A DNA stretch of 64,000 nt from Vicugna vicugna (Eukaryota), in assembly GCA_013265495.1 (NCBI GenBank), contig MU058213.1, positions 496,001-560,000 of the forward strand, given 5' to 3'. Made by a program: the position numbers and the translations under genes. The notes beneath the pieces are model-generated. The model was not told the origin of the DNA. It saw only the letters and a list, made by a program, of their open reading frames with translations, and made no database searches. Below are positions 51,674 to 64,000 of this stretch, piece by piece; the first letter of the stretch is position 1; the number at the start of each line of letters is the position of its first letter.

Positions 51674-52533
51674 GTAGGTGTGATAAGCAAACAAAATGAT
51701 GATTTGAATTGCTTTGAGTCGTTTGGATCCAGGATAAGGGCTGGGCAGCTTTAATATAGTCTGATTCCTTCTAGTTAATAGTCAAGTGTTTACTTCTAAT
51801 AGATGCTAACATAGATTCCTTCCTATTTTAGAAATTAAAAATTTTCTAAAATTTTTCTGATTTACTTTTTGAAGACTATCGGGTAGAAACATAAGCTCTA
51901 TGGACTGTCAGAATAAATCTCTCTGGCTTCCAAAGTACTGCCCACTTTTAAGAGCATTTTAGTCTTTCAGGTTTTGTTTTTCAATCAGGTCTCTTGAGGT
52001 ATAATTTATTCTTAGTGAAATTCTCCCTTTCTAGTGTGCAGTTCTGTGAGTGAAGGCAAATGCATGCAGTTGTACAACTGCCAGCACATGTCACACCCCT
52101 TTGTCATTGTTTCCTGCCACCAGCTCTAGCCCCTGACAACCACTGCTCTGTTTTCCTTCCTTATCATTTTGCCTTCTCCAGAATGTCATATAAATGGGAT
52201 CATAAAACGTGTAGCCGTTGAGCCTGGCTTCTTTCACTGAGCATGATGCATGTGAGGCTCATCCGTGCCGTTGCGTGTCTCAGTAGTCTGCTCCTTTGTA
52301 TTGCTGAGTGGCATTCCTTGGTCTGGGTGGGCTGCGATTTGTTGATCCATTCACCAGTTGATAGACATAGGAGATGCTTCCAGTTTGGGGTGATTAAATA
52401 TAAAGGCTCTCTACACTATACATGTACATATATGCATATATATTTGCATACTGGTTTTTGTGTGAACATATGTTTCCATTTCTCTTGAGTAAACACCTAG
52501 AAGTGGGTTTTGTGAGATCTTACTGGGATTTTT

Positions 52534-52793
52534 TCTTTTCTTTTCTTTTTTTAATTGAAGTGTAGTCAGTTTACGATGCTGTATCAACTTCTGGTGTACG
52601 GCATAATGTTTCAGTCATACATATGCATACATGTATTCCTGTTCATATATTTTTTCATTATAGGTTATTATAAAATATTGAATATAGTTGCCGGTGCTAT
52701 ACAGTATAACTTCTTTATCTGTTTTATATATAGTAGTTAGTATCTACAAATCTCAAACTCCCGTTTTATCCCGTCTCACCCTCTTAAAATATC
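52534..52793 (-). mobile_element. 5'-truncated lineage-specific L1 with TSD
   Basis: ACTGGGATTTTT at 52522-52533 and 52794-52805, the latter followed by AA (TTTT/AA site); (TTTTC)n tail and L1 3' end. Confidence 0.82.
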
Positions 52794-53688
52794 ACTGGGA
52801 TTTTTAAAATGCAACTCTTCCTTGGAGGAAAGAAAGAAAAACGAGTTAAGAGGGCATAGGGATGATTAGTTACCAAAGAGTCAACGCAAATGGTCTCTTA
52901 GATACTAGTCATTGTATAACAGCTTCATTACAAATTCCTCGCTTTAAATCTCAATTTATCTGAATTGGAAGCAGAGGGAACATCTGGAAATTACAAGAAC
53001 CTAGGGAATAAGACCTTTGGCTCTTTTCATGGGTGTTCCTTCCTCTGAATGGAGCAGGGGAAGCCTTGGAAAAACCTAATATCCCTTGTTGATTACTAAT
53101 CTTATTTTTATCTTTTTTAAGTTCAGTTCTTGTGTGTCTGTCTCTAAATCAGTAGTAATGATCTGAAAATAACCAGGCTACAGGGAATTGAAGTCCTGGT
53201 ACTTAAGGGAAAGGTCAGTGCCTCCTATAACTGTATCTTACCTCATTTCAAGTAGGGTAGGGTCAGTGTCCCTTACTGTCTTCTCGGTTAAGTGACTGAG
53301 AACAGTATGTCATCTGCCTTAGGGATCTTTGGAAGCAGATTCCCACCTCTTTGCAGAAAAGCAGGTCCGCTTTGCGTACTCATGGGTTGACTTCTCATAT
53401 ACAAATAATTAAAAGTAGAATAGTGAGAATTTCTATAGCCTCAACACTAGAGAAACAGGGACGTATGCTCTGCTCTATGCCAACAGTTTGTGCAAATGCA
53501 CCATAACAGAGAAGTCAGAGAGATAAGGAGGCAGCTGAGTTATTCTCATTTATAGACTAGTGGTTGTTATGTTACATAATTTCTGAATACATTTTAATGC
53601 AAAAAAAAAAGTACAAATGTATTTGATTAAGGGACTGAATTTCCTGAAAACTAAAATGTAATAATGTTTCACATTTCTGTCTTTCAAG

Positions 53689-53796
53689 AATATCCCAATT
53701 CCAACCCTAAAAGATTTTGCGAAGGCTTTGGAAACCAACACACAAGTGAAATATTTCAGTCTTGCAGCCACCCGAAGCAATGACCCCGTTGCTGTT
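53689..53796 (+). CDS. TMOD3: Tropomodulin-3 coding exon 6
   Basis: [51 protein letters not shown]. Confidence 0.96.
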
Positions 53797-54284
53797 GTAA
53801 GTAAGCCGCTACTGATAATACAAAAATTACGACTATCTGATACCAGGGTATGTTACAGAGGTGGTTAAACTGTGATCTTATGAACAACTTACTCCCTTTT
53901 TTCAATTAATATTTAGCTCACTGTTAGGCAATACATCATTTGCTAAAATGTTTCTTTTCCTGTATTTCCTTTCTATGAAATTTTTAAAACACAAATGGAG
54001 TCATGCAATATAGACTGTTCTGCAACTTAAATTTTCACTCAACAGTATGTCTTAGGGATCCTTGCATATCAGCATATGAAGTTCTACATTGTTCTTTTAA
54101 CATCTGCAGAGAATTCCATTTATAGATCTATAGTGTTGAGTTTGTCAGATGTTTTTTCTGTGTCTGCTAAGGTGATCATGTGGTTTTTGGCCTTTGTTCA
54201 GTTAGCACAGTGTATTACATTGACTATGTATTGAATCAGCTTTGCATTCCTGGGGTAAACCCCACTTGATCATGATATAAACCC

Positions 54285-55540
54285 TTTTCTTCACTTGGCT
54301 TTGAGGATGTTACTCCCTTTGATTCTCCCCCGACCTCCCTAGACATCCTTTTGCTGGTCCTTGCACTGGTCCCTCCTCATCTCCCCAACATCTGAGCATC
54401 GAAATGGCTCAGGGCTCAGTCCTCGTCCCTCCTCTTTTCTCTCCACACTCACTTTCTGGGTCATCCTGTTCTGTTCCGTTGCTGTATGTTGCCCGTGCAC
54501 GCTGGTGTCTGCATGTGTGCCGATGACTCCCAGTGTTTTTATTTCCGGTTCATTCCTCTCCCCTGAACTCCAAACCCGTGTCCAGCTACCATTTAACAAC
54601 TTTACTTGGCTGTCTAACAGACGTCTCAGACCTAAGCCCCAAACCAGACTCCTGCCTTCCATCCCGTTCCTGCCTCTCTCACACGCTTTCCTGTCTCACT
54701 AACTGCCAACTTCATTCTTTCATTTGCTCACGTCAAAATAAGAATGATGATGATGTTGATGGAGTGATCCTTGACTTCCCTTTCTCACAACTTTAAATGT
54801 ATATCCAGCCCTGTCTTCACATGTTTCTGGAGTCCAGCCCCTTCTCACCATTTTCACAGCTACTGCTCTGATCAGAGCCAGTCTCTCCTCCCATCTGGAC
54901 ACTGTGGTAGCCTCCTAATTGAGCTGTCTACTTCCATCATACCCACCCCAAAGCCAGCTCTTCACACAGCATCAACAGTGACTCTTTTAAAACTTAAATG
55001 ATCTCATTCCTGTGCTCAGAGCCCTATCTCACTAAGTAAAAATAACAATCTTTCAATGGCCTCATAAGGACTCACATGAGCAGACCTTGTCTCCTTTCTG
55101 GTCATTTCTTTCCTTCCCCTCTAGTCACCCAGCCTCCTTGCTCTGCCTCAGACATGCCACAGATGCTCCCCACTCAGGGCCTTTACACTTGTTCCTCCTG
55201 CCTAGAACTTTCTCCCTGAAGATACTCCACGTAGTCTCCATCACTTAAGGTATTTGAGCCCTGCTCAAATGTCACCTTTCGAGTGAGGCCTTTCCTGGCG
55301 CCCGTAAATAAAATAACAGCCCCACCCCTGCCCCGCCGCTCCCCCTCCACCCTGCCTTGCCTTTTTTCTTCCTCTCCAGCCCTTTTCACCATCTGACATT
55401 ATATTCTGCTTACTTGTTTATAATCTGGATCCCCGAGTAGAATGTAAATTCCATCAGGCAGAGGCTCGTATATTTTATTTCTGAATCTAAAGCACAGTAC
55501 TTATCAAATAGTAGGCCATTCGTAATATCTGAATAAACGT
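54285..55540. mobile_element. Degenerate L2 3' region
   Basis: Pyrimidine-rich L2-like motifs GGCTCAGTCCTC, GATGACTCCCAG, TCAGGGCCTTTACAC, CTCAAATGTCACCTT, AGAATGTAAATTCCATCAGG. Confidence 0.75.
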
Positions 55541-56390
55541 GGGCACAGGTGGCTGGGTAAGGGATTTGCTCCAGGTCACACAGCCAGTTGTTGCTACTAG
55601 AAGGTTCAAGTGTGTAGATCTGTCCCTCGTTCTTTCTGGTATCGCTAACCCCTGTTGCCTTTTCGTTAACTTGACTTTAACTTTAAGCTTGATCTTACCC
55701 ATATTCTCTGAGTTTGGCTTTGCTTTTGACCACTAAACTCAGATTAATACTGTTCCTCCTCCAGCCTCACCCCTCTTCTCTCCCCTCTGCTCACTTATAG
55801 GGTCTGTTAATTAATCACTATGGTGTTTATTAAGCACTGAGTCAGATGCCCAGCATTACCATATCGTGTGAGAAGTGGACACAGGGAGAAGACATGCTCT
55901 TCTCTGAGGGATGTAATATTAGCCCCTTCTTCTCCGTGGTCTTTGTGCTCTTGCAGTTCTAGTTACCTGTGATATTTCCTTTTGGTCCTGCCTTGGAATC
56001 AGTCATAATTTACCTTCATTTGAGCTTCACAATAACCCAGCTGTAGCAGGACCCAAGTAAGGAGAGATACTCCAAAGAGACATTGATGAAGTTAGTCCTA
56101 CACACAGACTGAAAGGAAGTGTGAGAGCCACAGGAGAAAGAAGCATGAAGCAGCAGTGTGAACACACGCGAGAGTGACTGGCAGTAGAGCGTGTTACCAG
56201 TAGGGAACTACACGTGACAAAAAAATCTAAAGATGGTGACAGAGTACCTGTGAAAAGTAGATACATCCGAGACCTCTGAGCTGGTGTGTCGAGCTAAACA
56301 ATCTAACAAACGTTAAGTGTATTTGTCAGGCATGTACATTGTGCAAGGATGCTGTCAAACTACTCTTCAAATATTTTCTTTAACTTCTAG

Positions 56391-56534
56391 GCTTTTGCAG
56401 ATATGCTAAGAGTGAACAAAAATTTGAAGAGCTTAAATATGGAGTCCAACTTCATTACAGGAGCTGGGATTCTAGCACTGATTGATGCTTTGAGAGATAA
56501 CGAAACCCTGGCAGAGCTGAAGATTGACAATCAG
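56391..56534 (+). CDS. TMOD3: Tropomodulin-3 coding exon 7 (LRR region)
   Basis: [63 protein letters not shown]. Confidence 0.97.
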
Positions 56535-56793
56535 GTCAGTGTTCCATGGCAGCGGCTTGGAGGAGGCTGCAGCCCACACGGTGCAGGGCTTAGGGGACTC
56601 AGGAGGTGGGTGGGTGGAGGGCTTTCGGGGAGCCCTTGGGAAGGTGGTGGCCTGAAGGGAGGGAGAGGACATCTAAGGCATCCAGAATACTAACTTCATG
56701 TGTAGAGAGGTATACAAGCCACTCCCCTTGGCTGGTATTCAGAGAATTTAGATGGGCGGCTGTTTAGGGTGGAGGGGGGCAGAGGGGACTAGG

Positions 56794-56884
56794 TTTATTT
56801 ATTTGTTTAATGGAGGCACTGGGGATTGAGCCCAGGACCTTGTGCCTGCTAAGCACACACTCCCCCTGAGCTCTACCCTCCCCC
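56794..56884 (-). mobile_element. tRNA-derived SINE (camelid Vic-1-like)
   Basis: TTTAATGGAGGCACTGGGGATTGAGCCCAGGACCTTGTGCCTGCTAAGCAC...TGAGCTCTACCCTCCCCC. Confidence 0.82.
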
Positions 56885-57394
56885 ACAATGGCTGTTTTGA
56901 ACTGGAAGGAGTCTTACAGGTGACACTCCCATCCTCAAACTTTTCAGCTCTTTGGTGGTAAGAGCCACATAAGAGACTTTTTGTATCTGTAGCATGTCAC
57001 AGCCCCAGACACAGCAGATGAACGGAAGAGGCTCAGTGAAAAACAGGAAGCTCCAGAACCCAGGCCGCCCTGAGGGCACAGGCTTCTGTCCAGCCACACT
57101 CAGTGCTGATGCCATGAGACAACGCGGGTTACCCACGCCCAGACGAGCTTTTCTTTAAAGAGGCCGAGAAGTTTACGTTAGAAATGTTTCCATTCAGAGT
57201 GGCAATTAACTAAAAATAAAACAACATACACATTTGACTGAAATACTTCAGTTTGGAAAGTAATTTCAGTTATTTTTTTAAGGTGGTAAATGACTCCCTT
57301 AGCCCTTGAAAAAATAAGTACATTTTGTAGATTATGAAGGTAGAAAGGTTTCTATCTTAAAATTTAACCAGAATGCTATTTAATCAATGTTTTC

Positions 57395-58290
57395 CATTTT
57401 TTATTGAGATAGAATTCACTCTTTTATAGTATACAGTTAAATGGTTTTTAGTATATTCATAGAGTTGTGCGACCATCACCGTTGTCTAACTCCAGAACAT
57501 TTTTATCACCCTAAAAAGAAACTCCAAAACCCATTAGCAGTCACTTCCTATCCTCCCCTCCCACCAGTCCCTGGCAACCACTAATCTATTTCAGTCTCTA
57601 TGCATTTGCCTATTTTGGACAGTTCATATAAATGGAGTTATGTAATGTGTGATCTTTTGTGTCTGCCTTCTGTCACTTAGCAAAATGTTCTGGAGGTCAC
57701 TCATGTTGTAGCACGTATCAGTACCTATTCCTTTTTATGGCTGAATAATCTATTACACTAACTTTTTGGATTTTAGAAATATGCTGCTATGACCATTCAT
57801 ACACAAATTCTTACACGAATATATGTTTTCATTTCTCATGGGTATATACCTAGGGGTGGAATTGTTAGGTCATATGGTAACTCTTTGCTATTTTTTTTCC
57901 TTTTTTTTTTTCAATTTGCATTTTTTTATTGAGTTATAGTCGGTTTACAATGTTGTGTCAATTTCCAGTGTAGAGCACGATTTTTCAGTTATACATGAAC
58001 ATGCATATATTAATTGTCACATTCTTTTTCTCTGTAAGCTACTACAAGATCTTGTATATATTTTGCTGTGCTATACATCTTACGCTATTTAATCAGTGTT
58101 TTCAGTATCATCAACTCAGCGTTTTTGAGGGATAGCCAAATCGTTTTCCATAATAGCTATATTGTTTTAATTTCTGCTAGTATCCCTGAAGCTCCCAGTT
58201 TTTCCATATTCTTCCCAGCAATTATTGTCCGTCTTTTTAATTATGGTCATCCTAATCCTAGTGGGTATGACATGGTATCTCATTGTAATA
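57395..58290 (-). mobile_element. Old L1MB-like fragment interrupted by a younger L1 3' end (about 57890-58080)
   Basis: CCCTGGCAACCACTAATCTA...TTTGCCTATTTTGGAC...; inner TTTTATTGAGTTATAGTCGGTTTACAATGTTGTGTCAATTTCC. Confidence 0.75.
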
Positions 58291-58477
58291 ATGCACTTTT
58301 TTTTATGTTTGTATGATCATACATAAGAGAAACAAAATATAAGTTTCGTATAATGTTGAAAGAATTGGGAAAATTTTAAAAGAATCAGCATGTACCTGAA
58401 TGTCTTAGCCTTGAGTTACCGTGAACAGTATTTTGATCTAATTTATTAATACGATTCTTTATTTCTAATTATTTCAG

Positions 58478-58622
58478 AGGCAGCAGTTGGGGACAGCTGT
58501 AGAATTGGAAATGGCCAAGATGCTTGAGGAAAATACCAATATCCTTAAATTCGGATATCAGTTTACGCAGCAGGGACCCCGAACCAGGGCAGCTAACGCT
58601 ATAACAAAAAATAATGACTTAG
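58478..58622 (+). CDS. TMOD3: Tropomodulin-3 coding exon 8
   Basis: [61 protein letters not shown]. Confidence 0.97.
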
Positions 58623-61600
58623 GTAAGTCATTATTTATAAGTCGCTATAAAACTGAATTTCTGAATTGTATCTCTAAGCTAATGCATTGGAGGAGCTTTT
58701 TTAAAAATAAATATTAACACAGGAAGATCACTTGGTCTTTGTTTGTAAAACCTGCACAGCCCTTTTCATACTGACTGAATTAGAGTTCAGTTCAGATGAG
58801 GCTGCAGTGATTAGGTGAGCAGGTAAGATCAGCTTCCTACGGCAAACGTGTTTCGCAGCTTTCAGTGAACCAGTTTTCTACAACACACATTATTAAACAA
58901 TGCTGCCTATAACAAATACTTTGTTCTCAGTTTCAAGTCACCTCTTGGAGCTATTAAAACAAAGATTTCAACATTACAGGAAAGTTTTGCCCTTTGATCA
59001 AACAGGCCTAGATAGAAATTCAATTTTACATGGGAAGATACAGAATAATTGTAGTTTTAACCCAAGTTTTCAAGTCAGTGTGATGTAAAGATTTGCTCTA
59101 CTTACTTGTTGCCCTGACCCCGCCATCCCTGGGCGGTGTGTCCCCTCGCTGCGCACATCTAGGTCAGCAATCTCCTTCCCTCGCTCCTGTTGAACTGCTG
59201 AGGCTTATGGATTCCATTAAAAACAACTTTTCCAGCCAAGGCTGAACTAAAGAATATGATGCTTATAATTTTGTTTCTACGTGTTTACAGAAATTGACTT
59301 TTAAGTTTGTGTTTATCATTGAAATAGTTTAAAAGATGCATTTAGACAAGAATTAAAATAAGACTTCTTAAAGGGAGTCACATTTTACTGTGAGGATACT
59401 GGGATTTGAGAGCCAGTGTAGGCCACTGAGAGCATGATTTAAGTGATACTTCAAAAACAGCATTCTTACTACTCTTCTAGAGATAGAGAGGAAATGAGAT
59501 TAGTTAGGACTTACTGGCAATTGACTCATCATGAAGTACTGAGGACATATATTAGTGGAGCAGGTTTGGGAAGAAACTGCCAAAGAATTGTTAATGGGGC
59601 CAGACTTATGAGTCTCATGGGGAGGACGCACTGAGGAACTGCTGGGGTGACAAGGGCACCGAGTGAGAAAGTCGGCAGGGGCTCTGCCCGTCTTCCTCTG
59701 CTGTGTTCCGTAGCCTCCCATCCATCCACCCTCAGCTTGATTTTTTTTTTTTAAGCCTTCCTTGCACTTTGACCTCTGTCTGTAGGTCAAGGTGGCAAGC
59801 CTAAAGACCATGTTTTCTTACAGTCAGTCTAGTATGTGGTAACTGAAAGGAATGTCAAAAAACAAGGCTTGAAACTTGCACCACATCTCTTGGGCGTATA
59901 ATCTTTCTTCCCCTTGCAAATGGGGCTGTATTAGAGCTTAGTGTTCTGATTCTGATAACGTCTTTCCCTCTCTCTTCTTGTTTTCTTAGTCTCAACTTTT
60001 CTTTGAAATAATCCTACGTATTCGCCATCTCTCCAGCTGAGACGTATCACAACTATAACAGCAAAGGTTATCTGGAGTACGTGCGATACTCAGTCGAACT
60101 TTGCCTCACGTTACTGTCTTCACACTACTTAGCTGCATAATCCATTTTCTACATCTTTTTTGTTTGTTCCATCTGTCCTGTCGATCTTGTTTATAATGTG
60201 CATTTTTTGTAACATGCATTGTAGTATTTGAAATGGTCTGCCAATAATATCCAAACACTACTGCAACTCAGAATTTTCTTGAAAATGCCCCACCCTAAAG
60301 AATTATGTCGCTTGCCTTTCAGATGTTTCTGTGTCGTTCGGAGATCTATATACATGAATTAAGTTTGTGTTTGAGGGCTCAGTTCTCCATTTGATTTTCT
60401 TCCCTTTTCAGTAAACACAGGAAACTGTTAGACCAAAATTAGGGTGCAGCTAGTTGGATACGTGTGAAAGTGCTCAAGGGAACTTGGTACTTCAGCCCTC
60501 CTGGTTTTTTCTTTCTAGCTAGCGTCCAGCCGTTGGCTTTTATGCACATCACTTGACTGGTCTCATCTCTCGAGGGCCAGTGATCAGAAGCCAGCAGTCA
60601 GAGCAGCATGGAAGCAGAATCTGTGGCCTGGCCAGAAGGCAGTGCCCCTGTTGGCTTTTCACTCCTCTGTTAAACAGCAAATTCAGGCTGAACAAAAGCA
60701 CTTGTCTTTCTACTTGCTTCCACAGAAGAGAGCACAGAAATTAATAAACCAACAAATATCAAAGCCAGATCCTTGTAACTATAAAAGATGAATTGGCTTT
60801 CCCCACCTGAAAAAGATGGCTGACCTCAGGACCATCCGGTAACCCCACTGTGGTGGGTGAGGAAGCCGGGGACCCTTTGTTGAACGCTTTCTGTATTCTC
60901 AGTCCTGCCCTAAGCAGCGGGTCATGCCTTTGCTTGTACAGCAGGGGGTTAAGATACCATTATTCTCCTGTTACAGAGGATGGGTTGAGGCTCAGAGGGG
61001 AACTTACTTGCCAGAGAGCACACTGCACACAGCGACAGAGCCATGGCTCAGTTTGTCACTGACGCTGGAAGCCGTGCTCTTTGTCCTAAGTAGGAGTTGG
61101 CCGCGGTGCCGGGGTGCCCTGACCTGGTGGCTCTCAGCGAATGCTCCCTGTAGCTGACGGGGAGATCTGACGCTGAAGCCCGGGCGGGCCCTGCCGCTGC
61201 TGCGCACTGCCCAGCGGGCCCGGGTCGCCAGGCCACGAGGAGGCTGAGGGTCCTCGGAGGTGCACCTTTGTTCACCCCGTTAGCTGAGCGAGGTGGCTGA
61301 CCACCTTGGGGCTGAAGCCGATAGTAGCCAGATGTGACATCACCACATTACCAAGGTCTAAGGTTTTCATTACTTTGTTGTTTATCAGAGCCCTGAACTG
61401 GGTCCCTTCAGAGGAGTTAAGAGACGGAAAATCTGGAGAGCAGTAGTAACAAATCACTTACCTATAAAAATGACAAGGCTATTTTTGGTGTGTTCTTTCT
61501 CAGACTAAGGAGATAATCAGAAGAGCATGCAAATACTTACTTTTTTAACACTTTCTAATCCCGCTGCCTGAATGTCATTCAAAATTTAACACAGTAAGTT

Positions 61601-61919
61601 ATTAATCATTTTTTAATGGAGGTATGAATTTTTTTAATACACAAATGAGACAGGCACAGTGACTTGAAGGTGACTGCTGACCGTTCTGGTTTAGATTTCT
61701 AATCACTGCTGTGTAAGCACAGCTGAGCTCAGCCCCTCAGTTCTCGACAGGTGAGTGACCATGTGAAGGATGGGAATTTCTTATTTTAATGGCCATGTGA
61801 ACTGCAGGTGGACGTTTCATTTTTGTACAATTATAACCGGATTACATAGAAACTTGTTTGTCACAAGCAAATTAACATTGTACAAACTAACAGGGATTTC
61901 ACCATTATTTTCCTCATAG

Positions 61920-61951
61920 TTCGCAAGAGACGAGTCGAAGGAGACCAGTAA
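61920..61951 (+). CDS. TMOD3: Tropomodulin-3 last coding exon
   Basis: TAG|TT; (V)RKRRVEGDQ then TAA at 61949-61951. Confidence 0.95.
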
Positions 61952-63592
61952 GTCCGCCAACGTGTGATCTTTGGAAGACTTCGAAAGGTCGCCAAGGGCT
62001 CGTGTTGTGATATCAGATGTAAAATTTTCCTAGGTAGAAGGGAAGAGACTGGAAATCCTTTTTTTTTTTCCTTAACTGCATATATCTCTTTTTTAGTTTA
62101 AGTTGTTACCAGTTTCAAATTGTAAATCAATTATAGGTGATATTTTGTATTCTAAAGCATTATTTCTACTTTCTGCTAAAATCATTTTTAATTTAGCTTA
62201 ATTAAATGGTTTATGATGAGTCTCGGGTTAAAAAAATACAATTGTAAAAAAAGTCTAGGAAATCATTATGTAGAATAATGAACATTTTAAGGACCAATCT
62301 TTTTTTAAGTGAAAAAGGGACATTGCTGATGTGAGAATTGCTGTTGCACCTCTTGGGCACAAGGCGCTTCAAAACTTCCCTTATTCCACGGCATGTAGAC
62401 TTTTCCATGTTTTAAAACACATGAACTTGGCAAGAGTGTGCTTTTTGCTTCATCAAGAAAGCAAATACTTTGCTTTAAAAGTATAGTTATATATAGTTTT
62501 TCATTTTAATAATGTGGGCATTATTAAATTTTCATGAACACTCATAGTAAAAGAAAGCATCTGAGTAGGAAAGCTGTTTCCTTCCCTGTGAAATGCACAC
62601 AGCCAATTTTCAGATATTTAGGATAAAAGAAAAAAGAAAGCTTTTGTTAGACACATGGAATCAGGGGTAATAAACGGTAGAGACTGCCTGAGAAGCACGC
62701 ACACTGGGCATTTAAATTGATGGTTACTGTAAAGGAAGGTGGAGGCTGGCCTGGGTGCAAGGTAAGAGTGAGAAGCTCCCGCGTGCGACGCAGAACTGCC
62801 TGAACGGCGCGCAGTCCCCACTCACTACCAGTTTTCCAGCCAGTAAGGAAAACGGCTGTTCTTGGTAGATCTAATTTTTATTATCTTGTTTCATCTTGTA
62901 CTTTTTTGTCCGTATTGTATAAAAGTAATTTCTCATAAGTTGTCCTCCTCAAAGTATTCACACCCACAGTTGGACAGTGTACTGTGGTGGGAAGAATGAC
63001 CCCAGAGCCAGGAGTGGGAGCGCTGATGTGGAGCTAATTCACGCGTGCCTCGGGGCGGCCCCTGGAGCAGGAGACCCCTGAGGCACTGCAGCTACAGAGG
63101 ACAGGGGACAAAGCAATCAGCAATTCAGGCCTGGCTGTATCATTTACAGGGAGATTTTTCAAAAGGAGAGAATATCATTTCAGAATAGGAGGAAGATGTG
63201 TTGTTAATTTTTCTAAAACTTCTTGAAATTGAGTTACAACACGTCTGCTCCTTTGGCTTGGGCTGGACAGTTTATCTAATGATCACAGGCAAAAGCTTTC
63301 CTCAGACGAACTGACTGCTTTTTTGAAAAGTAGTATCCAGTGTTTTAAAGGGGCCAAAGATTGACTTGTACTATTCCACTGTTCCCTTTCAGTTACAGGG
63401 TGCTGGGTTTGATTTTTTTCAAGTTAGCAAGTCAGGCTCACGCTGACTCGCTCTCCCTCACTTTTTCATAAACGACTTTGGAAATGTACTCGATTCAGAG
63501 CCAGCACAGCCCCAGCAGGGTGGGGCGTCAGGGACACAAAGCCACGGTTACACTTCCTGCATGGCTGCCTCGCTTGCACTGCCCTGTAAGTC

Positions 63593-63598
63593 AATAAA
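63593..63598 (+). promoter_or_regulatory. Candidate TMOD3 polyadenylation signal
   Basis: AATAAA in the 3' UTR; alternatives are AATAAA 63801-63806 and ATTAAA at 62201, 62523 and 63897. Usage cannot be determined from sequence. Confidence 0.4.
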
Positions 63599-64000
63599 TT
63601 GTTAAGTATGTTACCCCTTCCTCCCGTAAGTTCTTTTCAAAATACAGGCAGGTGGGACCTCACCTAGAATTGTGTATCATACTTATGGGTAATACCTTTT
63701 TCACTTATTTATCAAAGTATGAAGAAGTTGAGTTTTTTGCTTGTACCATTCCACTTCTGAGCTACAACAGTTCATTATATAATTGAAGAAAAGATTTCTT
63801 AATAAATAACTAAGGGTGAACATTCATCCAACTGAATACAGACAAATCTTTCAAAAACTGTAATTACAAGGGAGAAAACTAGTGTTTACTTTGATCATTA
63901 AAAATCTGGCACCTCCTACCCTTTTAGTAACTTTCAGTATTTCTGTATTGCTCTAAAATTTTATGATAGATGAGGGTTATGAAATACTCTTGATTTTTAA

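Larger units (their letters stand above)
26993..64000 (+). other. TMOD3: TMOD3 gene body from exon 2 acceptor into the 3' UTR; 1-26992 inferred to be intron 1
   Basis: CDS join 27067-27192, 32003-32159, 47698-47820, 49087-49176, 51543-51673, 53689-53796, 56391-56534, 58478-58622, 61920-61951 = 1056 nt, 351 aa plus stop. Acceptor TTTCTTCTCTCCATAG ends at 26992, followed by 74 nt of 5' UTR. Confidence 0.95.

Noticed and set aside
61920..61951. TMOD3 C-terminus VEGDQ, one residue shorter than the VEGDHQ I recall for human
   Set aside because: Minor tail variation; the frame and the rest of the protein are intact.

Overview
Mammalian genomic DNA, probably camelid judging by the short tRNA-derived SINE family (inference). 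The window holds all nine coding exons of tropomodulin-3 (TMOD3, + strand, 27067-61951, 351 aa, all GT-AG introns in consistent phase), at least 27 kb of its first intron and about 2 kb of 3' UTR; exon 1 and the promoter are not visible. The main accessory element is an intronless, full-ORF retrocopy of the X-linked gene FAM50A, inserted antisense in TMOD3 intron 1 (ORF 13211-14227, minus strand). It has a poly(A) tail, a target-site duplication, a CpG-rich 5' end and a 3' end running into an old L1 relic, and a solo-LTR-like sequence about 400 bp upstream points towards it. At 1125-1520 two L1-mediated insertions abut: a tiny polyadenylated orphan fragment and an apparent L1 3' transduction. 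The rest is ordinary intronic repeat landscape. Repeat subfamily names and human protein comparisons are from memory, and repeat boundaries are approximate.
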